From: Catajapyx aquilonaris
Lineage: Eukaryota
Direction: 5' to 3'
NCBI GenBank assembly: GCA_000934665.2
Contig: KZ538983.1
Location: 1-37,623, forward strand
DNA: 37,623 nucleotides
Below, one piece after another: positions 12,186-24,100 of this stretch (position 1 is its first letter; each line of letters begins with the position of its first letter). The position numbers were made by a program, and so were the translations under genes. The notes under the pieces are model-generated. The model was not told where the DNA came from. It searched no databases and saw only the letters and a list, made by a program, of their open reading frames with translations.

Positions 12186-12507
12186 TTTTTCTTTTTTTAT
12201 ATTACCCCATGATGACCTGTTGGGTCTATAGGGGGGTGGATTACCACCATTGGGATTTGTTGGAGCATGTTAAGAGAATTTTATTAGTTACTCCAAGGGT
12301 TGATAGGAGGGGATGTGCAAAGTGCATATGCGCTGTCGTTGAGTGGTCATTTTGTGAACTCCCCGGGTGGATTAGTCTTTAGGAAATTTCCACCCGAAAT
12401 GAAGCCAGAGATGGCCCAACTCTGCACGGATAAAGGTGGGAACCCCGGGTGGGGATTGAACCCGGGACCTTCATATCCATGGGCGCGCGCGTTACCGCGG
12501 AGCCCCT
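12186..12507 (-). mobile_element. tRNA-derived SINE
   Basis: Minus-strand head GGGGCTCCGCGGTAACGCG...GTCCCGGGTTCAATCCCC (A/B-box like) and an A-rich tail at ~12186-12200. Confidence 0.6.
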
Positions 12508-12589
12508 TCATCTCCCCAATTTCTTAACTGAATTATGAGAGGGCTGGTCATAAATGATGTGGTGGACTGCACTTGAGAGGCATCCATAT

Positions 12590-13486
12590 CCTCCTGAGAC
12601 CTGAGAAGAATTTTTTAACGCAATGTCAGTTCCTATTGCATTTTCTGAACATGTTCCCAATCAGAAACGAGAAAAAAATTTTAGTTTTAAAATATCGACA
12701 AAAATGGCGACAAACAACCAATGGGAACATTAGGACCCAATTGGTGCTACAAAAGCAGAACGGATGAAAGCTGAAAATTGAAATACCACTTAATGGATCA
12801 CTCACATAGTGCTCTATCCTCCAAACAATGTTCTTAAAATTAATTTGTGGAATTAGTGGTAGCAATTCCTCTCAGAAGACAATTAAAGATAAATGAAATC
12901 ATTTTTTAACGCCACCACTCCAGGCATGGGGCTTGCTCCTTCCCTTCTTACCCGCTAAAGTGGTACCTTGCTATTCTAGATTTCAAAACTGAACAGCACA
13001 GTGAAAAGCGCACTTCCTTATGGGTGTATAGGTACAGGCACGTGAAGAAAAGTCACACCCATTCAGCTAAAAATGCCATTTTTCGGATGTCCATTTAAAT
13101 GGACATTTGGTCTCAGGAAGAAAAGAAAATGACCAGTTCTCTACAGCAACAAAGATTGTCACAGAATCATCTTTTCGCAGTTCCTAAGACACATTCCTTG
13201 CGAATCCCAGGACATTCACTGCATTGCGAAAATCGCATTCTAAATATGAGTAAAAAAATAAAACTTATCAGATGAGCGCCTAAGCTTCAGCAGCGGCATC
13301 CGCCATTTTGTCCGCGATTTAATTTTCGTGGCCCAAGCCAGATATTCGACGCTAGGTGGCTACAGCTATTGAGGCCAGATTGTAACCATGGGATACCAGC
13401 CTATTACAGTTCTGTTGGCATCACTGGTTGGCGCCAAAAAAATCTTTTGCTGATGTGGACATATGTCGACACCAGGTCTCAGGAGG
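12590..13486. mobile_element. Non-autonomous DNA transposon with ATAT TSD (piggyBac-related)
   Basis: TIR CCTCCTGAGACCTG / CAGGTCTCAGGAGG flanked by ATAT on both sides; an extra TIR-like copy at ~13109-13120. Confidence 0.7.
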
Positions 13487-14357
13487 ATATGGCCAACTTT
13501 GGACATTTTTTTTTTGCCTTATCATCATATGTTGCTTAACATTTGACACTGATAAAATACTTCTGACATTCCTGGAAAAAATTCCACTCTAACTTCATGT
13601 GTCTACAAGTCTTCAAAGTGATTAATGGCTCAAACATGATGTGAGGGCGCAAGGTTGAAACTTTTGTGTCAAAACCTTCTGAAAATGCCATTGAAGGAAA
13701 CAAGATAAATATTGAAAAAATTTGTACTCGTATAGCCCTTTCTGTGATCAGTCTTTACATAATTTTTCTTGTCCAGTTCCTACACTAATGGTAATGCCTG
13801 GCTCCAGCAATCTTGCAAACTGCTGTTTAAGAACATGGTGGTTTACTGCCATTTGAGCATGTTGGGTTGCATTTCTCCAACCAACGGCATTCTAAATGGA
13901 ATCTTAAGATGATAATTTCCACTTTAAAGAAGTGTGGCCTTATTTAATATTAGTTGGGTTATTAAAACAGTGATGGATTGGGAAGTTGGTGGAAATAGGC
14001 CTCTGTCCTAATCTTCAAGTATGTATCCAAAAATTCATTACATGTTTGCTCCTAAGGGAGACATTAATAAATAAATCACCACAGGTTCTTTTGTAATGTG
14101 TCTAAGTTTTCACACCTGAACACTGCATCTGTCCAGCCGACAAGTTCCTATGCAAGTATTGCAACACTGTTGTTCAGGTATGTTGGGATTTATTTATTGT
14201 AATTTGAATTGTAACTGAAATTAATAGAACAATACTTAAATTCAGTGCCACTTTTATTTACTTTATCTTCAGGGAATGCTTAAAATCAGTCCCTCTTATC
14301 AACAATAAACAGCACAAACACAAAAACTGGCTCGCAATGTTGCACTCATCATCCATA

Positions 14358-16848
14358 TTACGTCATCCTAAAATGAGAGAGCAGCATGAGTTTTGTGGAA
14401 CAGCCGGAGAATGAAAAAATAAGCACATACGTGTCAATAAGTGATGCCCTCATCTTCCCTGCAATAGCAGAAGGCTGGGCTTCATTTAGCTTGAAGATGC
14501 TTTCAATTACTGACAGTTCAGTAGAGGTGGTATCGTTCCCACAGAAAGCACACCAATCATTCACCACCATTCCTGCACCTAACACCTCAGATCCACGGTT
14601 CACAGTACCTGCCTGCAAATAACAGAAAATTCACAGGGGTGCACGGTGAATGACAGTGTCCAGTCAGGGGCAAAAGCAATTACCAATCTTGAAGTTACAA
14701 CCATGGCCTTAGAATATTTAGGTCTGGTCACTCCCTCTTATCGCCAGACAGGGTGTTTTGCGGGAGGTGCTCACTTGAGAGCGCCTGTCATTGATGTGAA
14801 TACATGTGGCGACCCTACCGGACAGCACTGAACTCACATAGAAGGAAAGAGTCTGTCAAAATTAAGAATCTCATACGTATCATTCACATCAATGACAGGC
14901 GCTCTCAAGTGAGCACCTCCTGCAAAACGCCCCGTCAGGCGATAAGAACTGATTGTAGGGGGAGTGTCAGGGGGCTGGTTACAACAATGCAATGTCACTC
15001 ACCACCAGTGGGACCTGCAACAATGATGACAGCTCCTCCTGATCCTGCACAGTTGTCTTTGGGTGTACCAGACCCCCTTGATTACTGAGGACACAATTTG
15101 ATCCAACCAGCACATTGTTAGCAATGGTATGGCGGAAGACCTCCACCTTGAGGACATCCGTCAGGATCTCTTCTGTCTCCCTATCAAGATCTGGATGGAC
15201 CAATGCAACATAGTCATTGCATGCAATAACATTGCCTAGAGCAGACAGCTTTTCTTCTATCCTCTGAATCTTAACCGATTCAGGGAGGCCATTGCGTATG
15301 TGCTGAAGTTCCTGGTCTGTGGTGGTATTGGGTACTAGAAGGCCATGGCTGTTGCCAACACAGAGGCGCCCAATTATCCTGCAGCCAGCCAAGGATGTAT
15401 GGATCACCTTTATGTGCTCACTCAGCTCTGCTTGGAATACACTAATGGAGAACAATGGAGAATCATTAATGAGTGGTTGTTACATTTGTCATTGGCGATG
15501 ATCAAAGTGTCAGAAAAACAATGCTTTAGAAGGGGCGTGCACATTTGAAAGGGGCCAAACCCTTTCCTGTTTCTTCTTACAGATATCAAAAGGGCATGCT
15601 TATTCTGACAAACATAAATATGCTCCCTTAAGCCTGCTTCACAAATTCGGCAGAAGGCTGAGCGGGCGGCAAGAGTGCGTTTGGGGGCTTGGTTTGGGGC
15701 ACAGAACCTGTGCGGTGGCAATCGCAAAAGTCCACCTGGATGGACTTGAGCGATTCCCACTGCACCAGTTTCTACCCGCAGCGCCACCGCCGAATTTGTG
15801 AATTGCCACTACTCAAATTCCGCGCCCCAATCGCACGTTTTCTGCCCACTCATTCTGCCACCGAATTTGTGTAGCAGCCTTTAAGGTGGGTTTGTAAGGG
15901 GGTGAAAATTATTGACGTTTGTTCTCCAGCTTTCTGGGCTTCAACAAAATCCCCATTGGAAGAAGGTGCTAATGACATATTTGTTGCAGCCTAGAAAGGC
16001 TGGAAAGAAGTCAGTTTTTGCAAGCCTTACCACAGTGCCTGTAAGGTCAGCTAGTTTCAACTTAGTCGACACCCTGCATTTGTATCAGCAGTCATTCCCT
16101 CCTTCCATGGTCATTTACATGCCATTGATTATTAAGGTAGGTGAATTAACCCATTTGTTCCTATCGTCCTATATACAATACAGGGTGGTCAGGAAATGGT
16201 GCCCAAGCTTAGGTAGCAAAATTCCTTGCGAAAACCAGTATATGGAAGTGAATGTCCTATTGCTCTACGATGCACGGTTAGCGCTCACGAGGCCTGCCAA
16301 GTTTGGGCCAAATCATGACGTCACATCCGCATGCGAAATTCAAACACTGCCGTATTGCTACTGTATGCGGTGCATTGCCAGGCGTTGCCATGTTGACATC
16401 CCCCACATTTTTGTTGAGTGGAAATGTGGGGGATGTCAACATGGCAACGCACTGCTTACAGTATAGCGATACGGTCGTGTTTGAATTTCGCAGGCGGATG
16501 TGATGTCATGATTAGGCTCAAACTTTGGGGGTCTCATGAGCTCTAACCAGGCATCGTAGAGCAATAGGACCTTCACTTACTTGTACTCGTTTTTCACAGT
16601 TGGGCGACACGGTGGCCGAGTGGTTAGCGCCACAGCCTTCCACCTCTAAGGTCCCGAGTTCGATCCCCGGGTTGGACAGAGGATACTTATGTGGATAGAG
16701 TTTCGATGGGTTCTCTCCGTGTTCGCGTGGGTTTTCTCGGGGTTCTCCCGTTTCCTCCCACTATCAAAATCCATCACATTTCAGGCAAATTATTAAAGTC
16801 GGTTATTCAAAAGATGATCCCCTAAGAGGCCCCTTATCACGGGGTATC

Positions 16849-16902
<54 letters not shown>

Positions 16903-17471
16903 TCGTTTTTCACAAGGCATCTCACTACCTGAAGCTTGTGCGCCATTTACCGACCACCCTGTATAGGACGGGCACAGGGAAAAAGATTTCTTGTAGTTGT
17001 ACATATTAATCACAAACGAAGGAAGCTGAACCACTTCAGGAAAGCTTACTCTAGTGGGAGAATGCAGATACATCACATTTCAGTGCTTGCATCTTATTTT
17101 TGGCATTTTAAATCATGTCTTAAAATATAATTAAAATATCATCAGTAGAAAATCCTTAGGAACAAATGGGTTAAAAGCCTGTATTTTCCATGACCATATG
17201 GTTCCAGCAGTTCCAGACTTTGATCAATATTTTCTTCCAAAGTTCTGAACTCAGTAATATGACCATATCTGTGCTTTATTTCTCAGTTAAATGCACAGAA
17301 AAACCATATCATGCCATTACCCAACTTTTAATACCTCCATATGAACGTGAATATTGTTACGTACCTGTAGAAGTTCTCTGATCCGCCAATGGCCACAAGG
17401 CAGTAAGCATTAGTCAGCTTGGCAAACACACCTACTTCATTGTTGTTCTCAAATTGTACTCGTACTGCCAT
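14358..17471 (-). CDS. eIF6: Eukaryotic translation initiation factor 6, 245 aa
   Basis: Exons 17471-17365, 15441-15003, 14612-14431, 14367-14358 total 738 nt. [36 protein letters not shown]...[12 protein letters not shown]...[10 protein letters not shown]...[15 protein letters not shown]...LIDTMT*. Confidence 0.97.
14736..14947. mobile_element. Fold-back MITE in eIF6 intron (~65-bp inverted arms)
   Basis: TCTTATCGCC...GGAGGTGCTCACTTGAGAGCGCCTGTCATTGATGTGAAT is mirrored by ATTCACATCAATGACAGGCGCTCTCAAGTGAGCACCTCC...GGCGATAAGA. Confidence 0.75.
15631..15880. mobile_element. PIF/Harbinger-like MITE
   Basis: TIR AGCCTGCTTCACAAATTCGG / CCGAATTTGTGTAGCAGCCT; TTA TSD; related to 32147-32385. Confidence 0.75.
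16181..16961. mobile_element. Tc1/mariner-type palindromic MITE interrupted by a SINE
   Basis: TA-CAGGGTGGTC...GACCACCCTG-TA; nearly the whole element is an inverted repeat centred at ~16415. Confidence 0.85.
16599..16899 (+). mobile_element. Full-length tRNA-derived SINE with V-SINE-like core and (ATT)n tail
   Basis: A-box GGTGGCCGAGTGG, B-box GAGTTCGATCC, core GTGTTCGCGTGGGTTTTCTCGGGGTTCTCCCGTTTCCTCCCAC; 15-bp TSD tactcgtttttcaca (16584-16598 / 16900-16914). Confidence 0.88.
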
Positions 17472-17756
17472 GGTTCAGTTGTTCCTGGGAGAAGCGATGA
17501 AATAAGTACCACTGTATATGCATTGCACATATCTGCTGTGGGATTAGACACTAATACAATCAGGTGTAATTGTGCAATCACACAACCACAAGTAGGCTTC
17601 AAAGTATAGTTGCGCAAAATAAGATTTCGCCAAAAGTCACCAATGAGTGTATGCTGGTATGTCGCACCATCGATCATACATCTCTGGTGATAACTAGAAA
17701 GTGTAACTTACACGGCAAAGACAGTAAATGCAAGCAATGCGTTTGGGGTACTTTAC

Positions 17757-17797
17757 CTTTTCGCAGTTCGCACGACTTGTTGGATGGGCAGAAAAGG
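17757..17797 (-). promoter_or_regulatory. Putative non-coding first exon and TCT (polypyrimidine) initiator of eIF6
   Basis: Minus strand CCTTTTCTGCCC...GAAAAG|GTAAAG; acceptor ttctcccag| at 17484, 13 nt before the ATG; GC-rich region upstream (17800-18060). Confidence 0.55.
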
Positions 17798-18764
17798 TGA
17801 GTCGGTGGTGCCACGGATAGCCGGCCGATAGGAGACAAAGCTGACAAACACCGCCTGGGTGCGTGTGTGTAAGGGTGTCCAAACCGGGTGCGTAGGCCTG
17901 ACAAGGGCAGTCTCACATGGGTTCAGGTTGGGGGTGGTAATGGCGGTGGGCGGTGCGGGAGAGAGGAATGCGCCGACGGACTACCCGCAAATCTGGTACC
18001 TGTGTGATAAAATAACGTAACAGTTAACTCAGGGGATCGCAGTGATCGCAGGCGGATAGCAGTGAAAATGGCAGTAGATGGGATGGGGCATCGTAGTAAC
18101 CATTGATTGTGGAGGTAATAGTTACGGCGTCTAATTAGAATTTACAACATTGTTGTTTCATGACACATATCTGGATAATGCTAGCCCATGTGCTGGCCCT
18201 AGTTAAATAGTACGCATGTTCTTGGACCTTCGTAGCAGGTGCGGGCAGGTGAACACAGGTTGCACAAGGCAATAGTTGCCAGGTGAGTCGTGAAGCAACG
18301 AGGCGCAATTTTCAATCATTTGCGCAACGTTGTGTAAAGGATACTTTTGAAGGATACATAATCTGGGTAAAAACGCTGGCAAGAGCTGCAGTGCTCAGTC
18401 CTTTGCCATGAGTTTACGCCAGGTTGTGCCATCCTGCAGTCCTGTCCTAACAGGAACCTGCAGGATGGCACAACCTGTCAACCTGGCATAAAGATACCTT
18501 TGGCTATAGCCAGTTATAGCCAACTTGAAAGGCTGATCCCGGCATAACTCCGTAATATGGTGTGTGACCGTGTGTATTACATTTGGACGTAAGAAACCAC
18601 AGTTATAGGAAATGATTTTTTTAATACCTTGAAGTCATATATGGAGCCAACTGTATAAAAATTTATAAATACACCCTGAAGCTCTCTGTGGTCATTTGAG
18701 TGTGTAAATAATAATAACTGATATTCACAAGATTCAAATCCGGATTTTCAGTTGGTGAACTAAG

Positions 18765-18988
18765 CATGGGCGTAGCCAGGATTTATGTTGGGGGGGGGGG
18801 GGGGGNNNNNNNNNNNNNNNNNNNNNNNNNNNNNNNNNNNNNNNNNNNNNNNNNNNNNNNNNNNNNNNNNNNNNNNNNNNNNNNNNNNNNNNNNNNNNNN
18901 NNNNNNNNNNNNNNNNNNNNNNNNNNNNNNNNNNNNNNNNNNNNNNNNNNNNNNNNNNNNNCCCCCCCCCCCCCTGGCTACACCCATG
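18765..18988. mobile_element. hAT-like MITE containing an assembly gap
   Basis: TIR CATGGGCGTAGCCAGG / CCTGGCTACACCCATG; perfect 8-bp TSD gaactaag; an N-run lies between poly-G and poly-C tracts. Confidence 0.85.
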
Positions 18989-19765
18989 GAACTAAGGTAT
19001 GCAAAAATTGATTTTCGCCTTTTTTCAGTTTGCATTATGAACTCACTAAAAGTGATTTTGGTATTGGTCAATCGTCAATATCGTACCTGCAGCAAGTACT
19101 TTTTACAAGCCATGGAAAGCCACCTTTGTATAGTAGTGATTTAGTGAACTGTCTTCTGGCAAAATTCCAAGTACGGTAGCTAGTTGAGGAGATAACCTGG
19201 GGCTTTGTTTTGTCCTGGTGCCTTAGTATGAAAAAATTCAATCAACATAAGATCTAGCAGCAATAATTCAGTATGTATAAATCCCAACAGTGCATGTATT
19301 TCTTTATTTCTTCACAAGTACATGAACTCAAAAGAGTATGGAATGCAGAAAATGAGCCCATAATGGAATCATCATCATCATCATCTTCACGGCGTTTCCC
19401 AAACAGATATGGGGTTGCCAGCGGATATTGAGGATGAGGTCCTTAATATCCTCGTATGACCATATACATATACAAAAAAAAAGTAATCTGAAAGTCAACA
19501 ACCAGCATAGCCTGTCCTGTCGGCAATCTGTTGTAACACCCCCCCCCCCCAATTATCTGCGAGTACCTGACCATAATGGAATAAATTACAATAATTGATA
19601 TAATATGTTACTAATAATCCTGTACCAAAAATAATATATCATCCACCAAAAACATTAAAAACCATAATAAATCTCTCTGAGCTACACTTTGGACTAGTAT
19701 CACAAACACTACAAACAGCTGTAAAAGCATATAAAATGTATTCAAAAAATAGAGCTTCTCGAAGG

Positions 19766-21045
19766 TTATCGGCAGCAACGTCCACCAGAGCATGTTGGCT
19801 TAATGTCCACTAGATACACACTGTCCAGGGCCCCCAAACCACATACAAGACCACCTTCATTTGCAGTGCTTATTTTGGTGCGGAGCATGTGTCCCACAGA
19901 TTCATTCCTCAAGATCTTGTTGTCATCCCTGAAGCAGTGTTAAACAAAACCATCAGGTGAAAATAGTTATATAGCAAGAAAAAAAATCTTATTAATTAAT
20001 AAATAAAATTCATGCATGAATTTTGGTTAGCGGGCCTGCACATGGAAATCAAAATAAAGAAAATGGACTGGAATCTGACTTTTCACTTACAGCAGGCCAA
20101 TTAACCAATCCTTCACACAGCATGTAGTACTATGGGTGACACATGTATTGGCCAGAGTTGATGGGTCCATCGGCAGCGGGAGAAACTGACATGCTATTGA
20201 CGATACCTGCCACTAAAAGAGGCACGTCGGGAGCCGAGATTGGGAGGGTGGGGGTGGGCGTGGGATGGGGAGAACATGCGAAAGAGGGAGACCAGAGAAG
20301 CGGGGGGAGTCGTATGTGTCCGGATGGTCAAATAGGAAAGAGAGACAGATAATTTGGGCTTCGGCGGCTAATAAACGCAAAGTCACGGACATTTTTCAGA
20401 CTCGAAATTTATGCATCCTTACGATTTCGCACAGTTATCTGTGATGCGCGTTGGCCGCGCCGTAATTGTGTCAGTTGTCAGGTCATTTTAGGGGCGGGTG
20501 CCCCTAAGTACGACCAGGGTACGACCGTACAACAATTTTCAACAATGAATTTTTTCAACATCTTCTTGTTCTTCTTGTTCTTGTTACGCTTTTTTTATTC
20601 GCCCTAACTAAAGTTCTGCTGTAGGTAGAGCTTCCAAATTTTGAACACATATCCGCACCGTCGTGAAGTGCATTCCTACCATTTACAGCTAAACCCAATA
20701 CCTCTTCAAAACGCCGCAAAAAATTAAAAACCAATATAAAATACATTTCCATTTTATTTTTTTTGCTCAATAACTATTCGGAATTAGGTTTCTTCATCAA
20801 AGGGCCGAATGCGCAGTAGGATGGTAGTGCGGATCTATGTTCAAAACCTCGCAGTTCCATCTGCTGCAGGATTTAAGTTATGATATTTTTCACCAATTTT
20901 CAGTCACATACTTGATTATTTTCTTCATGTTGCCATCACCTAGCAATGTCAATTCTTATTTACACCTCGCCATATTGCTAGCGAAATGCTACCCCGCTGC
21001 TCTGGGGTGAGCGGATTGTAGCCTACTTATTACTGTTGAATCCGG

Positions 21046-21111
<66 letters not shown>

Positions 21112-24100
21112 TGATAATAATAATAATAATAATAATACCGTAATTCATACCCCGTTATCAGCCTATCGGCTCTTTAGGGGGGAAGTTTTTGTTTTGGCTG
21201 GAACTCTTTGCTTTCATTTTACTACGCTTTTTGGGATAGGATAGGGACGGAAGGAAGCGGCTGGGGCCTATTAATTACGGAAGCAACTCCGGAATTTTCC
21301 TGGAAGGACCGTGGGAAACCACAGAAAACCACGGTCAGAGTTGCCGGAACCGGGATTTGGGTAAGGGTGCAGTTTAGAGCCGCAAAAGTTTTCCAGGTTT
21401 CTGTATATTTTCTGAATCTACTCGATGAGATGAGTCGAATGACACTATTCCTAGTGTGCGGAAATGCTTGCTGCAAGAGTAATTGAATTTTGAAATTGCA
21501 AGTAATAACAATGAATAAATGAAAATAAACAAGTCAGTGTTCCTTTGTTGAAACAGTTTACTCCCATTGTTGAGTGAATGAATATCCATGGTGATTTTAA
21601 ACGTAGTTTGGGGGTTGTGTGTTCGCAGAAATACTGTCCGCCTTTTGGTGGCGTAAATGTGGGTGTTGCGGATGTGGATGTGGCAAAGCCACAATAACGT
21701 TCGTTGGCCTGCGGCGCCACAAGACGGACAGTAAATGTTGCGGATACAGAACCCCACAATAAGCGCCCAGCTCCGCTGTCGCTCCGCAAAAACTAAAAAT
21801 ATCACGCACAGGCGACGTACCGTGCCTGGCAGGGCCACAAGACGGACAGTACTGGTGCGGTCACACCAACGCCTCACAAATAACACCAACACAATCAGAG
21901 TGGGGCATGCCTTGAGTAAAAGCTTAGGATTCATTTTACGGCAACACTATCTTGTTGGCGAGCAAGAGGCCTCGATCAATGGCCCAGGAGATACCAAGCA
22001 GCCTCCCTCATTACTTCCAGGAAGGCTTGTCCAATTATTCCTGATAAGCACCGATGCAATGCCTCGGCCATGGACGCTCCTGAATGATGTTAAATTAAAC
22101 TCCTACACTCTCGTTCTATGTCCAACGAACCAAGAACAACCGTTTATTTACATCATTCAGCATCCCTCACAGCACGTATCCATGGAATCTCTCACGTTTC
22201 CACGGAGAATCACCTGACGCAACAATGGGAGTGAACAGTCTCAACAAAGGAACACTATCTTGTTTACTTTCATTTTATTCATTGTTATTACATGCAATTT
22301 CTAAATTCAATTACTCTTGAACCAAACATTTCCGCACACTAGGAATAGTGTCATTCGACTCAGCTCATCGAGTAGATTCAGAAAATGTATAGAAACCTGC
22401 AAGATTTTTGCGGCTCTAAACTGCACCCAAGCCAAAATATCTTTTCCTTGTCTTCAGAGTATGTGTAAGCGACAACCTAGGGCCTAGGTTCCCAACCTGG
22501 GGTACGCGTACCCCCAGGGGTGCGCCGCAGGATGGTCAGGGGTACGCGAAATAAAAGGAGCAATGGCGGATTAATCAATATATTGCAATATATTGCAACT
22601 GGATTGCACATCCTTTTGAAGAAGGATATTTCCAAGCAGCCAGATTATCAATCATAGAAAAAGAGATGTCGATCGAACTTTCGACTGATACTTCTTTAAG
22701 AGTTCACTACAAAGGGAAATCCTTAATTAGCTTTTGGGCAGACACCAGCAGAGAATATGAACAGCTGAGCGACAAGGCGCTTCAGTTTCTTATGCCATTT
22801 ACCAGTACGGAGCTAGTGGAGAGGGCTTTCTAATGGTCTTATACATTCATAAAAAATAAATACCGCAATAAGCTCAGTGCAAGTCCAGATTTGAGACTGT
22901 ATCTGACATCAATTGAACCAGATTTCAAGAAATTATGTGCTTCAAAACAAGGTCAAGGATCCCACTGAACATTTCCTGTGTGTTATGTTATTCATGAAAC
23001 AAGATTCCAAATATATGGAAGTGTGTGCTCATATTAACTATTAATAATAATTACATGTTAATCTTTAAGTATCATTTGAATTTGAATGCAAAAATATATG
23101 CTTTGTATATCTTATTGTTGCTTTGCATTATTATCCTATTACTGATTAATTTATTTCCAGTTACAGCCTATATTTTAAATAACAGCAGGTATTTATTACA
23201 AACATTCTCCATTAGGGATAAGGGGTACAATTTATGGGAATGGGCCGCCAGAGGGTACGTAAGTGAAAAAAGGTTGGAAACCGCTGCATGGCGGTATATC
23301 TGGTATTGCGAAGGGGTTTAAAAAAGAACTGAAATAAGAGTATAAACATTCCCTTCAGTGAAAAAAAGGGTATAGTAAGACCTCCGTGGCGGAATGAAAG
23401 TACTGAAACAAGGCAGGCGCACGTAAGACCTTCACCAATTGATTTAAAGGGACACTCCACTCAAAATACAAGTTGGCCTTTAAAAATCGGACTAAAAATC
23501 CTGATTCCGAGGGTATAAGCAGTTTTTCTGAGAGACGAACGGTAAGGCCAGGACGAGAGGTCAGACTCGTAAAATAATAGTCTCCCGCGCAGTGAGTGAT
23601 GGGAAGAAAATCCCTCCAGCGCAGCGGCCAGGCGGGGAACCACGCGGACGGACGGGACTGTTCCGGGACCGAATATGAAGGAAAAAAGAGCGTGCGCTAC
23701 CTGATACGGAGGTTAACGAGGCAGTCAGAAGCCCCAACGGTGCGGAGAAGACATCACTTAGCTCGGACGGTGGGAAAGCACGTTAAGCACCTTTAATTCG
23801 CGCCATCCCCTGGTCTAGTTCCGCTCCTCTGGTGGCGTCGCCACCTGCGCCCACCTGCGCCCACCTGCGCCCACCTGCGCCCACCTGCGCCGCGCGCGGA
23901 TTTCGAACGACACACTTCCAGCTTTCACCTTGGCCTTACTGTTCGTCTCTCAGAAAAACTGCCTATACCCTCGGAATCAAGATTTTTTGCCCGATTTTTA
24001 GAACCCAGCTTGTATTTTGAGTGGAGTGTCCCTTTAATCTGTACCACAGGTCTTACTCAAGCAATTCTAAAGTACGGTATGGAACGGCTCGTAAAAATTA

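Noticed and set aside
15912..16466. 184-aa plus-strand ORF
   Set aside because: It runs through a palindromic MITE antisense to an eIF6 intron and has no recognisable domain.
16602..16672. Possible tRNA gene
   Set aside because: A/B boxes are present, but the sequence continues into a SINE body with tail and TSD, and no acceptor stem closes.
17080..17680. Possible box C/D snoRNAs in eIF6 introns (TGATGA...CTGA at ~17145-17080; ATGATC...CTGA at ~17678-17560)
   Set aside because: There is no convincing terminal stem and no rRNA-complementary guide I can identify; a snoscan/Rfam search would be needed.
18760..19144. ORFs containing X runs
   Set aside because: Artefacts of the N gap within a MITE.
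21374..22217. 186-aa and 160-aa ORFs inside the long-TIR element
   Set aside because: No transposase or other motif is recognisable; they are likely chance ORFs.
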